Shown one piece after another: positions 27,040 to 40,241 of a DNA stretch of 64,000 bases. Each line of letters starts with the position of its first letter. Positions within the stretch are counted from its first letter, which is position 1. The notes under the pieces are model-generated. The model was not told where the DNA came from. It did not search any database and saw nothing but the letters and a program-made list of their open reading frames with translations. The translations under genes were made by a program, and so were the position numbers. This DNA comes from Octopus bimaculoides (Eukaryota), in assembly GCF_001194135.2 (NCBI RefSeq), contig NC_068990.1, positions 93,096,426 to 93,160,425 on the forward strand, written 5' to 3'.

Positions 27040-27480
27040 ACATGCAAGCGCCACATGACATTTGACATGTGTGTAGCAACCACTGATATGCAGTTGACAG
27101 TCATTGACATGTAGCTAGCAATTATTCATGTGTAGCTAATGACCCTTCACATGTGGCTGGTTATTGTTAGCGTGTAGCTAATGACTAGTGACATGTAGTT
27201 AATAACCACTGATATGGAGTTAGTAAACACTGATGCTTGTCAACCAGTGATCTGCTGTTTGTAGCCACTGAAATGTAGCTAACAAACGCTGCCATGTAGC
27301 TAACAAACGCTGCCATGTAGCTTGTTAACAATGGGCTGTAGATAATGGCTGCTAGCATGTAGTTAACAGCCTGTGACAGGGAGTTAACAAACAATTAGCT
27401 GGCAATTATTGATGTGGCATAGTTAACAGTCATGGACATACAGTTGGCAATCATCCTGTTGTCTAACAATGATTATCTAA
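27040..27480. repeat. Degenerate ~21-nt minisatellite
   Basis: Recurrent ATGTAGCTAAC motif, including the exact tandem atgtagctaacaaacgctgcc x2. Confidence 0.75.
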
Positions 27481-28439
27481 TTGCCAATGTGATATCAGGT
27501 ATTAATCTATGTCAGTCATAGGTGTGTCATAGGTGTGTTATTCAGGTAAATGATACAGTCATAGGATATAGGTGTGTGACACTGTAATGAAAATTAAACA
27601 TTTGCTTCTTTTTGTTAGTTTTTCTGTTGTGGAATATGTAGAATTCCTGAAATAAATTTTACTTCTTTTCAATGTTTAAACAATGGCATCATTAGAGGCA
27701 AACACTCTCAACTATGACCACCACTATAATTTTTCTTGCTTATCAGCAAAATATAATGGGTAGTGGTGTATGTGGTCATTTAGTGTGATGTATGATTTGC
27801 ATGGAGCAAAGGTCCCCATGGTCACCTGTATTCAACTGTGATGGCCATCTCTCAATGTTTAGGTAATGGTACCCTTTGATGTAGACTGGATTGTCTCAAC
27901 TTATGACCATCACAACAATTTTTCTCACATATCAGCAATGTGATGGAAAGTTGTCTTTGTGATCATTTAGAGTAAGATATGATTTGCATAGAGCAACGTC
28001 TTCTACGTGGTCTTCTGTATTTAAATGTGAAGTTTGTGTTTTCACTTTTCCATGCTGGAGTTTCGTTTTTGTGTGTTTTTGTGATATTACCTGTCAATTT
28101 TTTTGGTGTAAGTGGTTCTAAATTTTATAAGATTTATATTGGTGGTGGTGGTGGTGATGGTGGGGGTATGTATTTATTATTTGAGATTTTGAAGGGTAAT
28201 CGTTGATCATTAGTATATCCTTAGTGTGACTTCTAAATCTCAATCAGTGAATCATGAGGGACAGAAGCCCCAGTTTTGTACAAATAATTTTTCTAACAGC
28301 TCTGAGAATTCTTTTTCTAATTTATAAAACAAAAACTCTCTCACATGTGCACACATCATTCATGTTTCATTGTCCATAAAATGTATTTAACCTCTCTCTG
28401 TATGTAACTTTATAAAATCACAGTATAACTATATCTTAC

Positions 28440-28650
28440 ATTGATCGCACTGGATCATTGCATCCCACAGGATTTTGCAAGTTTCATTCCCGGTGACTCC
28501 TTCTGGGGTTTGCTCATTCCAGGTCTTTGCTCTTTGTTGGCCATGATTTCCACAGAGTTCCCAAGGGATTGTTCCTGTCACAGCTTTCTATGAGTTTTCC
28601 CAGTAAGGCCCCACCACCCAAATATCTTTCTTTCACTGGCGATGCCCCAT
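28440..28650 (-). mobile_element. RLE-type LINE fragment
   Basis: WNEQTPEGVTGNETCKILWDAMIQCDQ matches the W..H.PE.V.EN...KILWD..IQ.D region preceding the RLE domain. Confidence 0.8.
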
Positions 28651-30641
28651 AGCCACAGCCTGAAACATATAAAAGAATAAAAGAATAGGAATGGTTTTCT
28701 TTTGACTTTTACGATTAGACATGAAAGTTAGGTGTGAGGCTGGTGAAAGCTGCCATCTTCATGACCCTCGCAAGAGTATTACCGACAGTAGCATACTGGA
28801 ATATGTATGTTTGGTAAATGAAGCCAAACCATAAGCAGGAACTAAGTGTGCATTATTTGGAGGTCAAGTAAATAAACCTTGTCTAAGACCTGCCATGGAA
28901 CTGATGCTTATCTACTAGCAGATGAGAGATAAATTTACTCCTGGATATGATGTTAGTCTATTACAACTAGCTTTTCTCATGGAAGGAATTAAATGTGGTG
29001 CTGCAGCCATCAGTTCTACATTGGTGCTACTGCTTACAACAATAGCAGACTCAAGCAGGGGTAAATGGCGCCCAAGCCAAGCATCAAAATTGTGCCCCCA
29101 CCCCAACCAAAAGGTGGAAACTTGCAGAGTAAAAATCTTTAGTGGTATGGATGGTGATAAATAAAACAAAATTTGCTGGAAAAGGTTTAAAATGTTTTTT
29201 AATGGCTTAATTAGAAAATGATCTTGGCCAAAATTGCCCCCATTCAAAGTGGTGCCTTGCTTTCCCCACCCTAGCTACACCCCTGGACCCAAGTACAAAG
29301 TTTGAGTTTCTTGTGTAGCTGGTAAGAGGCAAGATGTTTTAGCTGCAGATACACAGAGTACCAAACACAAGAATTTGATCCCTTGTCTCTCAATTTCACA
29401 GAAATGGCAGGGCTGTGTGCTTTGGCAGTTTGCTTCTCAGCAATGTGATTTTGAGTTCAATCCGACTGCTTGCCACCTTGAGTAAGTGGCTCCTGCTATA
29501 CCCTTGGGCCAATCAATGCCTTCCATGTGGATTTAGTAAATGGAATCTGAAAGAAGCTGATGTGCGTGTAATGTATGTCTGTATGTGAGTCTTTGTGTGG
29601 ACAAGTTCATCGTTCAAATGCTGATTATAAAAAAATAGCTTCACTAACAATATTCTTTGTTTGCAATTCATCACAAAAATATGTCTGGTCTTCGTGACAT
29701 GTCTCGACATATCGCACAGGGCTCTCCAAAGCAGTGTTCGTTGTTGCTAGTTCTCTGCATAAACATGCCTTGGCTGTTTGTTGTTCAGTAGACTTGGGCA
29801 TTATCTCTTCGCTAGGAAACAAGTGGTGCTGGGTAGGTGGGGATGGCAACAGGGGAGGCATCTGGCCGCAGAAAACTCAACTCCAACATACTTTTATCTG
29901 ACCTATGGAAACCTAGAAAAGTAGACATTAAAACGTGGATGATGATGAAGATGGTGACAAAGATGGCTGTTGATGGTGATGATGGTGATGGTGATGATGT
30001 CAGTCTACCCATGTGTGTCTCTATTGTCTGCATGCTCATTACTGGCAGCCGTGTTTGTCCTCATTAATGTTATTATCAGTTACTAATTACCTGTGTTATA
30101 ATTGTAGTTACCACTAGCAACCATTGCCCTATACCAATATTTCCAGTTTGTTCTAGCTGTCATCTACACCTGTACACCTATCACATGTTAAATTCTGCTT
30201 CCTAATTAACCTGCTTGAGATTCTACTGAATACATTTTGTGCAGCCATTGTTTGAATTGAACTAAAAGATATCCAGTTCCTATCGGTCATCTGCCTCTTT
30301 ACTGACCAACACTGCTTCCTGGATGATTCTTGAGTTTTCGTTCAGGGACACAATTCTATGTTACAAATTTTTCTGTAACCCTTTGGCAGGTTCTGTAACG
30401 TGGCCCAGTTTCTGAACATGTAAAAGTTCATGGGTGACAGCTAATTCTGAATTCTTGAGTAACTGACTACTCAAAGACTTGAGATAATAAAGAATATAGA
30501 ATTTACCGCAGAGCTCTGGTGTACTCATGGTTGTAATCCAACAGAGAATTCACTGGCATTTATAATCTTTCACATGATCTAAAACCATGCTTATTTACCA
30601 GTCCTCCATTCCCAGCTTCCTTCATACAAAATGATAAAAGA

Positions 30642-30698
<57 letters not shown>

Positions 30699-30922
30699 GA
30701 ATTAATAAAATCTGAAACCAAACAATTCTCCCATAATTCTCTGCAAGAAACCATATTGTATTGGCCTCTTTTGTTGTGTTTTTATGAAGCTGCATTAATA
30801 TACTACTTCAACGCTTTGTCATTTTTTTTTTGGCAGAACATTCTAGCACAAACAGAAATCTTCTGTTATATTCTCAGTTAACAACCATATCCTGCTTATT
30901 GACTGTGTTGCAGGAACATGAT

Positions 30923-30956
<34 letters not shown>

Positions 30957-31443
30957 TGATAATGATAATAATGATGATAATAATAATAATAATGATAATA
31001 ATAATAATAATAAAAGTAATAATCTTGTGTCTTGGCTGTTATTAAAGAAATATTTTACCAAAAGATATAATCATATTTATTATAATTATTACTAACGTTG
31101 TGTTGTTGCTGTTGTGGTTATTATTATTCCACCCTTTTAATGTCTTCTCATCTGTCACCATACTGGCAGTAAAAGAAATCATCACAATCATCATCATCAT
31201 CATCATCATCATCATTGTCATTGCCATTGGCTGTGGCAGCATCAGGTGCAGCAAACTGGCAAAGTTGTTAGAGCATTTGAACAAAATAAAATGCTTTGTG
31301 GTATTTGTTTTGAGTTCAAATCCAGCCAATCTCAACTTTGTTTTTCCTTCTTTGGAGATCAATAAAATTAAGTACCAGTCATATACTGAGGTGGATATAA
31401 TCTAATGACTTTCTCTGCACACTTTCTGACTTTGTTAGAAACA

Positions 31444-31497
<54 letters not shown>

Positions 31498-31568
31498 GAG
31501 TGAGAGAGCATCCTGCTCAAAAGTAATTGACTTTGCCCCACCCTCAAAATTGTTGGCCTTGTGCCAAA

Positions 31569-31631
<63 letters not shown>

Positions 31632-33376
31632 TAGATTTATTTTTATAACATGCTTTCACTTCACTACCGAGTGCAGCTCTGTGTGCTTTCGGGTATGTGC
31701 TGTGGTTTGCTGTGGTGCTCTTATTTTCACTGTATTGAAAGTGTTTTACATAGGATGTGTGCAGTGCCTAGTGGTGCTATTTTTCTGTATGTTATATATA
31801 CTTGTAAGTCCTCGTGTTTTTGTTATGTATTTGTCTGAATATTTTTTTTACCATACCTAAGATGCCTACAATGATAGGAATTGTTTCTTCTTTTAGGCTC
31901 CACATTCGAGTTACCTCTATTTCCAGGATCTGGGAGAAGTAATTCTGTTTCTATGATGCAATATGTCAGTCAATTTTTGATTTGGATTTTTCATTTAACC
32001 CCTTTTCAACAGATACAATGATTTTTGTTTTTTTCAATAAAGTTTGTTGTGATAAACTTTTAAAACCTTTTACAGTCCAATTTCTATTTCATTTATGGTG
32101 ATCTTTCATGTTACTTATTTATCTAAATTTAAAAAAACTATTCTTTAATTTGAAAAGGAAAGGTTATGTATCTCTTTGAGCTTATTTCTTTTAAAATGGT
32201 CCTTGATTAAGTTTTTTCAGGTATTTAGTCTTTTAGTTTTAACTTCGATGTTCTTTAGAATTTTGAAATGGCAAAGATGTTCCTGATTTTCTTCTATTAG
32301 AATGTTTCTAGTTTATTTCTTTGAAGACTTCGTCTCCATATTTCTGTTGAAATACACTGCTTTCGTTTCAATTAATTTTGAAATTAATAAAAAATTTAGT
32401 AAAATAACTTTGTCGTTATTAAACTGTTGTTCGGAACATAAATTAATGAGGTATTTTGAAGCAAGATTTTAATTTAGATAATTAAAAACAGGAAAATTGT
32501 ACCAGAGAACAAGGGATGCACTCAGTGGGGATTGATATAAAAAAAGTTGAGCCTTTTCTAGCCTTTTTCATAAAACCAACCCCTTTATTATTATTTTTAT
32601 TCTCAATTTTGTAAGTTTTACTTGTCTTTTAAATTATATTTTATCATATACTGGTTTCTATCTTTGGACTGTGGCCATGCTGGGGCACCACCTTGAGGAG
32701 TTTTGTGGAAAAAATCCAGCCTCTAGTACTTATTTTTAAGTCTGGTCCCTATTCTGTCAGTCTTTTTTGCCAAACTACTAAGTTATGGTGAAGGAGGGGG
32801 TCAAATACAGACAAACAGACACATACACACATACACGCATGCACACATGCACACACAAACACACATTTGATGGGCTTCCACACAGTTTTAATTTACCAAG
32901 TTCACTCACACAGTACTGGTTGACCTGAGGCTATAGGAGACACTTGCTCAAGGTGCTGCACCATGGGATTGAACCTGAAAGCTTGCAGCTGCATGGTTAA
33001 GAAGCTCACTATGCTTGGACAGGGTGAGTGATTAGGGAGTTCATGAGGGTGAAACAGAAGAGTGGAAGGGGGAATGCAGCGAGCAGTGGACATGGCTTTG
33101 GAGGGGGAATGGCATGATAGGAACGATAGAATTGGCCGGGGGGAGGGCAGGAGGGAGAAATGACAAAGCAAGTGCAATGGGGGGGGGGGGGAGCCAAGCA
33201 TAGTGTATAAAGAGATGTGGTCTAGTTCATTGGAGGTGGGGGTGGGGTCAGTTAATGTAATGTGCTCTTCCAGAAATCAGTTACATTGAGGTAGGCCAGT
33301 CTTTTTGAGAACCTCATATTACCAGACATCTCAGTTCCTTGTCATCTCCTCTGCGAGGTTCAACATCTTGAGAGTA

Positions 33377-33614
33377 CAGTTCTCTATTTAAGAGATGAGG
33401 AATTATTTACATTATTTACATTTGACGGATGCTTGTCCTCATCTTGTTTGTTGTTAACACAACATTTCGGCTGATATACCCTCCAGCCTTCATCAAGTGT
33501 CTTGGGGAGATTTTGAACCTGGGTTCTCATTCCTAAGGTGATATTCGATGTTATAATACTGGAATCGAACTCAGAATCTTGGGGTTAGTAGCCTGCACTC
33601 TTAACCACTATGCC
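33377..33614 (-). mobile_element. tRNA-headed hammerhead element (family A) with complete tail
   Basis: Head ggcatagtggttaagagtgcaggctactaaccccaag; hammerhead at 33456-33501 with C3>U and a stem III C>U change; full tail ending ...cttaaatagagaactg. Confidence 0.85.
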
Positions 33615-33983
33615 CTCAGGCAAATGGCGGTGATGATGATGGCGGTGATGGTGATGATGATGATGATGATGATGGTGATGACTAGTTTAATTACAAACAA
33701 AGGTGTTTGAGTTGGAGTCAAAGTCAACAGCACTATTATCTGAAAAGTCGAAATTTTGTGTACGGATTCCACAGTCCTGATAATGTAATACAACCATCCT
33801 TTCATGAAAGAGATATTCCATCTGGCAGGAACAGAGCTGGGCAGTTCTTTGAATTTCCTTATTTCATTACACGCCCTCATCTTTCCTCACCATTGAAATA
33901 AGGATTCTTTAGATTGGTGAACAGGTCAGACATTTTGTAAGGAAGAAAAAGCACATTCAGTTCAAGCATCTCCACTGTGAATA

Positions 33984-34053
<70 letters not shown>

Positions 34054-35297
34054 CATCTATCTGTCTGTCTGTCTATCTATCTGTCTGTTTGTCCGTCCAT
34101 CCGTCCGTCCGTCTGTCCGTCTATCTGGCATTTTATCTGGTTTTCTGGTTCTGAGTTCAAATGCAACTGACTTTGCTCTTCATCCTTTCACATTCAATAA
34201 AATAAGGACCAGTCAAATACTGGAGTTCATGATATTGACAACCCCTTCCCCTAAACTTGCTGGCCTTGTGCCAAAATTTGAAACAATTAGTTAACCATTT
34301 AACCGATTAACAAATTGATTGTTTGATTAATCATTCAATCAGTCAGTCAATCAGCTAGATTTATTAGAGTCTTTTGTTGCCAGTCATGACATCATCAATG
34401 ACATACCCTCCTTTCTCAGTTGATTATTTAACTGATTAATAATAATAAAAAAAGTGATGTAGAACCTGTGTGTGTGTGTGTGTTTGTGACTGGCATAATG
34501 ACCCTTCTCAGATACAACATATTTATAGATATATGTTTAGATACCGACCTTGCATTAATACCAGTGCTTCAAGTTCTTTCTAACTATTTTTAGAAATTAG
34601 AAATTATCTTGATGATACAAAAATATTTCACAATATTTATATAAATCAAATTATAAAAAAAAAACAATAATTGAAGAGATCAAACAATAATCAAAACAAC
34701 AAGAAAAAACCCCAAAAAGTATTGCCTTGAGAAGTAACATGAAGCACTTATATCTAATGGGTTTCTTTACCATATAAGGGAAGTCCAGTATTGATTTTTA
34801 TAGGATGAAATAAATAGCTGGAGATAATATGATGAAAGGAATATTTTGAAAAAATATAATGATTGAGTAGAAGGAAGGGAAAGGAAGTTAGAGGGAATGA
34901 GCGGAAGAACGGTGAAGAAAGAAAGCCAGCGTATCACATGATTTAACTGATAGAATTATTTAAACTACGGTTAAAGATGTTAACAATATACTTTAATATT
35001 TAATCAATACATCTATATTATTGATTTATATATATAAAAAAAAAAAGATAAAAGAATATGTAAAAGATATTTCTATCAATATGCTTGTTAGAAATCGGTG
35101 AATGGTCAAAATTTATAGTAATTAGAAATGATAAAAACACATTAAGAGTCAGTTCCTGTGTTGGGTTTTCTTGGCTTATCTTTTCTGTATCTGTACACAG
35201 AACACACATCATTCCACACAACACATGCACCGGCTTACTTAAACACATACCCACACGTGCTTCCATACACACACACTCACACACACACACACACACA

Positions 35298-35341
<44 letters not shown>

Positions 35342-35767
35342 NNNNNNNNNNTTCTTACATGCTTTGTGGATCACAGTTCAGCTGGATCACAGTTATTATC
35401 TCCCTTACACTCAACCTCTTTCTTCCTGTCATTTCATCCTGTTAAACCATTAATCCCTAAACTTTATATATATAAACATATATCTGTATCTATATGTATG
35501 TATGCATGTATGTATGTATGCATGTGTGTGTGTGTGTGTGTGTATGTGCGTGTGTGTGTATGTATGTATGTATATACAAAAGTGTGGAATGGAGTGAAAG
35601 CTGTGGGTGTCTTTTCCATACAATGTCTGGTTTGAAAAGTCATATCAGATTGTAGAGTTCAATATGAGGAGTTATTTTGGAAAAGGATGGAAATAAGAAG
35701 TATGAAGGGAAATAAGAGAATAAAAGTAAAAATAAAAATATTTCTCTCTATGTAACCATCTCACATC

Positions 35768-35815
35768 GTCTCTGATGAAGGGATATCCCTAATATTCCAG
35801 AAACAGCTGTAAGAC
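35768..35815 (+). ncRNA. Minimal type I hammerhead motif, family B
   Basis: GUCU-CUGAUGA-A-GGGAUAU cccua AUAUUCC-A-GAAA-CAGCUG-UA-AGAC. Predicted GUA cleavage between 35811 and 35812. Confidence 0.8.
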
Positions 35816-35895
35816 TAACTTTCTCTTTATAAATGTCCAGAAAATTCCACACAGCCTGGGCTTTGTTGGCTCATTTTATTTAACACACACACACA

Positions 35896-35997
<102 letters not shown>

Positions 35998-36839
35998 TTT
36001 ACAATGATATGTATTTGTGTTAAAAACTTCTCTCAAAGCAGAACAAAAATGACTGTTTTACTTGATGCAATTTGGAAAAAAAGAAGACAAAAATTTTCGT
36101 CTAAAAAACATTGTCCTATTTCCTATTCAATGTTTACTCACAAAACTATCAAATGTAATTTTATATCTGTGTGTGTGTTTGTGTATCACAGTTTACTACA
36201 CATACAAACTGTAGATGAAATGAAACAGAGATTGCATTCACATGCTGCTTCTAAATATGTTTGACCAGAGTTAGGAGAGTATCAAATATTATCATCATCA
36301 TCATCGTTTAATGTCCGTTTTCCATGCTGTCATGGGTTGGACGGTTTGACAGAGCACTGGCAAGCCGGGAGGCTGCACCAGGCTCCAATCTGATCTAGCA
36401 AGATTTCTACAGCTGGATGCCCTTCCTAAAACCAACCACACCAAGAGTGTAGCAAGTGCTTTTTACGTGCCACTGGCATGGGTGCCAGTCAGGTGACACT
36501 GGTATCAGTCACACTTGAACAGTGCATTTTATAATATTTATATTATTTAGAAATATAACTCAAAATATCTTATTTTAAAGCAATGATGTAGGGCAGTGCT
36601 GCTCAAAGTGGTGGTTTGCAGTCAGGTGCCGGTCTGCAGCCATCAGCTGCTGGTATGCAGCGAGTTTCCAGAAAAGAAAGAGACATTATAAAATGCTTAT
36701 GTAATGGTGTATTATTTATTTACGAAATAAATATAAGACAAAAAAAAATTGTCAACTTTTATTATATTCATTATCTTTATTGGAAATATTGCATTTCTAA
36801 ATCTCTCAGAGAGGGTTATACAGTAGCAGCACAATAAAG

Positions 36840-37108
36840 TAATGGTTTGTTGCCAACTTAATGTGGAAGTCCCAGGAAAGGGAAGAATGTTACTGTTATG
36901 TAGCCCCAAGAAACACCGTTTCCAGTTGGCTATGTGACACAAGCGTTCTGTATCCTTAAGTTTTCACTTATCTCCTCTGTTTGAAAACTTAAGGACACGG
37001 AATGCTTGTGTCACGTAGCCAACTGGAAACGGTGTTCCTTGGGTCTGATTAGTAGTAACATTCTTCCCTTTCCTGGGACTGTCACATTGAGTTGGCAACA
37101 AGTCATTA
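36840..37108. repeat. Long fold-back inverted repeat (127-nt arms, 15-nt loop)
   Basis: Arms 36840-36966 and 36982-37108 align without gaps; 111/127 positions are Watson-Crick complementary by hand count. Confidence 0.95.
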
Positions 37109-37513
37109 CATTACCTATATTGTTTCCGGTATAAACTAATATTACTAAGAAATATTACTGGTCCCTGGCATGGTGGAAAAAAAAACAACCTGCCGGTACA
37201 GCACATCAGATAGTTTATGAAGCACTGATGTAAAGGTACACAATGCTGGCTTGGACAGGGTTTGGAGAGCAGGCTAAATCATGATTTGAGCTACATGCAA
37301 GAAAAACTTTGATGATATACATGTAAACGATAGATATATACGATATCGTTATCCGCATTTCTTCTCTGATTGCGAGGTCTCCAGTTTCAATTAAGTATAC
37401 AGTCCTCAGTAGGCAGAAAAAAAGAATTGTGGTGGGTCTGTAAGAGGATTTTGTTTGGTTGGAAGGGTGTAAGCAAATCATAGGGATATCAGCATGAAAG
37501 TCACTGTTCCTGG

Positions 37514-37567
<54 letters not shown>

Positions 37568-38208
37568 GCAAAAATGGCCTAAGAGGTATAAAACAAAATA
37601 GCCAGGCACAAGGGTTTGGATAACGTAGACAAATACTGGTGTGGTATCCATTTATTTCCATTTATTTCTCTTTGCTCATTTTTGTTTGAATTATGTCAAT
37701 CATTTGGGCCATTGATGTTTTCTACTCTGTTTTGTTTGAGTCCAAGTCCATTGGCCACTGAAGGTAGGGTCAGACAACTGTTGTATTGATGAAAGCTAAC
37801 AAGCCAGAAACATGTTTCTATAACTATCCTTTTTATCTCCGTTACAATAAGCCTCGACTTCTGCTGAATGGCATGTCAGTTTTGAAGAAGTCTTCAAACT
37901 TGATATTATCTTCCCTGCTCAAGTGGGGCTGGGTTGAATAGTCATTTGATAATTATGACACATCCTCAGGAGACGGAGATAATTTTAAGAAATCAAGAAT
38001 TTATGGCATTTGTCTCTATATACAAACGTATGTGTATGTGTGTGAGTGTGTGTGTATATATATATATATATACATACACCCACCCACACATATATATGTA
38101 TAAAGATATATATGTACATACACACACACATAGATATATGTATGTATGTGTGTGAGTGAGTGTATACACAAACCTACACTTCCACATGCACATGTGTGTG
38201 TATATATA

Positions 38209-38397
38209 TATACTTTATTAAAAAAAGCAGCAGAAATATCACCAAAACTGTTACTCAGAGTTTTGCGTTTCCGTTTGTTGGACAGTTTTGTTTAGAATGT
38301 TTGTTTTATATTCTAAACAAAACTGTCCGATGAACAGGAATGTGAAACTCTGAGTAACTGTTTTTGTGATATTTTTGCTGCTTTTTAATAAAGTATA
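38209..38397. mobile_element. Palindromic MITE-like element in a TA context
   Basis: Arms of ~87 nt (tactttattaaaaaaagcagcag...ttgtttagaat / attctaaacaaaac...ctttttaataaagta). Confidence 0.85.
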
Positions 38398-39112
38398 TTA
38401 CTCTACCTCTGGTATTCGAGTACTATTTTTTCCACCTTGTTTCACTTTTATGTGCTTTCTCCGGTATATATACATGTATATATATGTACATATGTATATA
38501 TATATATATATATNNNNNNNNNNNNNNNNNNNNNNNNNNNNNNNNNNNNNNNNNNNNNNNNNNNNNNNNNNNNNNNNNNNNNNNNNNNNNNNNNNNNNNN
38601 NNNNNNNNNNNNNNNNNNNNNNNNNNNNNNNNNNNNNNNNNNNNNNNNNNNNNNNNNNNNNNNNNNNNNNNNNNNNNNNNNNNNNNNNNNNNNNNNNNNN
38701 NNNNNNNNNNNNNNNNNNNNNNNNNNNNNNNNNNNNNNNNNNNNNNNNNNNNNNNNNNNNNNNNNNNNNNNNNNNNNNNNNNNNNNNNNNNNNNNNNNNN
38801 NNNNNNNNNNNNNNNNNNNNNNNNNNNNNNNNNNNNNNNNNNNNNNNNNNNNNNNNNNNNNNNNNNNNNNNNNNNNNNNNNNNNNNNNNNNNNNNNNNNN
38901 NNNNNNNNNNNNNNNNNNNNNNNNNNNNNNNNNNNNNNNNNNNNNNNNNNNNNNNNNNNNNNNNNNNNNNNNNNNNNNNNNNNNNNNNNNNNNNNNNNNN
39001 NNNNNNNNNNNNNNNNNNNNNNNNNNNNNNNNNNNNNNNNNNNNNNNNNNNNNNNNNNNNNNNNNNNNNNNNNNNNNNNNNNNNNNNNNNNNNNNNNNNN
39101 NNNNNNNNNNNN

Positions 39113-39151
<39 letters not shown>

Positions 39152-39531
39152 ATTTAGGAATGGAAAGTTTGACAAATTCTTGAAAATACTATTTTTAGTT
39201 TTTAGAGAAAACTCAAAAGAGATGAAATTTAAACTTTAAAAAATAAATCTTGTTGCGTTGCATCCTATAAAATATAGGTCAGGTTACTTGGGAGACTTAC
39301 AGAATTAATTGTACTGAGAGAGGAAGAGAGAGAGAGAGGGAGAGATAGTAAGAGAGAGAGAGAGAAAGAGAGAGAGAGGCATGGAGGTCACTACTCCGAA
39401 AACAACAAAGACATAGTGGGAGGACGTGGAGGGAGGAGAGGTGGATGGAGGAAACTCACAGAACAGAATATGAGAGAGAGAGAGAGAGAGAGAAACTGAC
39501 CAGAAACTGCACTTTAGTTAGTCATTCAGTT

Positions 39532-39565
<34 letters not shown>

Positions 39566-39914
39566 ATTGAAGAGGGCTTTGGTGAGGAGGGGAGAAGTGA
39601 AGAAATTGCTCATTAGAGATATAATTTCTCTTCACAACACTTTAGGACATGTGACATGTTTAACTGAGGGCCTCCATTTTATGATTTATAACGACAGTGG
39701 CTTACTTCGTGACGTATATACACACTTATATACATACATGCGCCTCCCCCGCCCCCCCGCATCGTAACTTACATATGTAGATGTCATATGTAATGCTTGT
39801 ATCTGTGCATATATGTGTATACACACCATACATAATACATATACACTTACAGAGGTGTGTGTATGTTTATATTGTTAATCAGGCTGTTCTTGAAATATAT
39901 ACATACATACAAAC

Positions 39915-39957
<43 letters not shown>

Positions 39958-40206
39958 GTATACATACATACACATATGTATGTGTACACACACGCACACA
40001 CTCACACATGTATATATATATATTTATGCATATATAGATGCATATATGTGTGTGCATATATAAGTGTGTGTATGTATATATCTATGTACATATGTGTGTA
40101 TATATATATGTGCGTATATATGTGTATATGTATATATATATATATATACATATATATGTATGTATGTATGTATGTATATGTGTGTATATATATATGTATA
40201 TGTGTG

Positions 40207-40241
<35 letters not shown>

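Noticed and set aside
27040-27480. Possible CRISPR-like repeat-spacer array
   Set aside because: The units are contiguous and degenerate with no unique spacers, and the context is eukaryotic with no cas genes.
33891-33933. Minus-strand CAAAATG start, MSDLFTNLKNPYFN|GTGAGG
   Set aside because: Good start context and donor, but only 43 nt, with no promoter evidence and no compatible downstream exon found.
37771-38027. 86-codon + frame with a single internal stop
   Set aside because: No recognisable motif and a poor acceptor; open stretches of ~56 codons are expected by chance in 64 kb.
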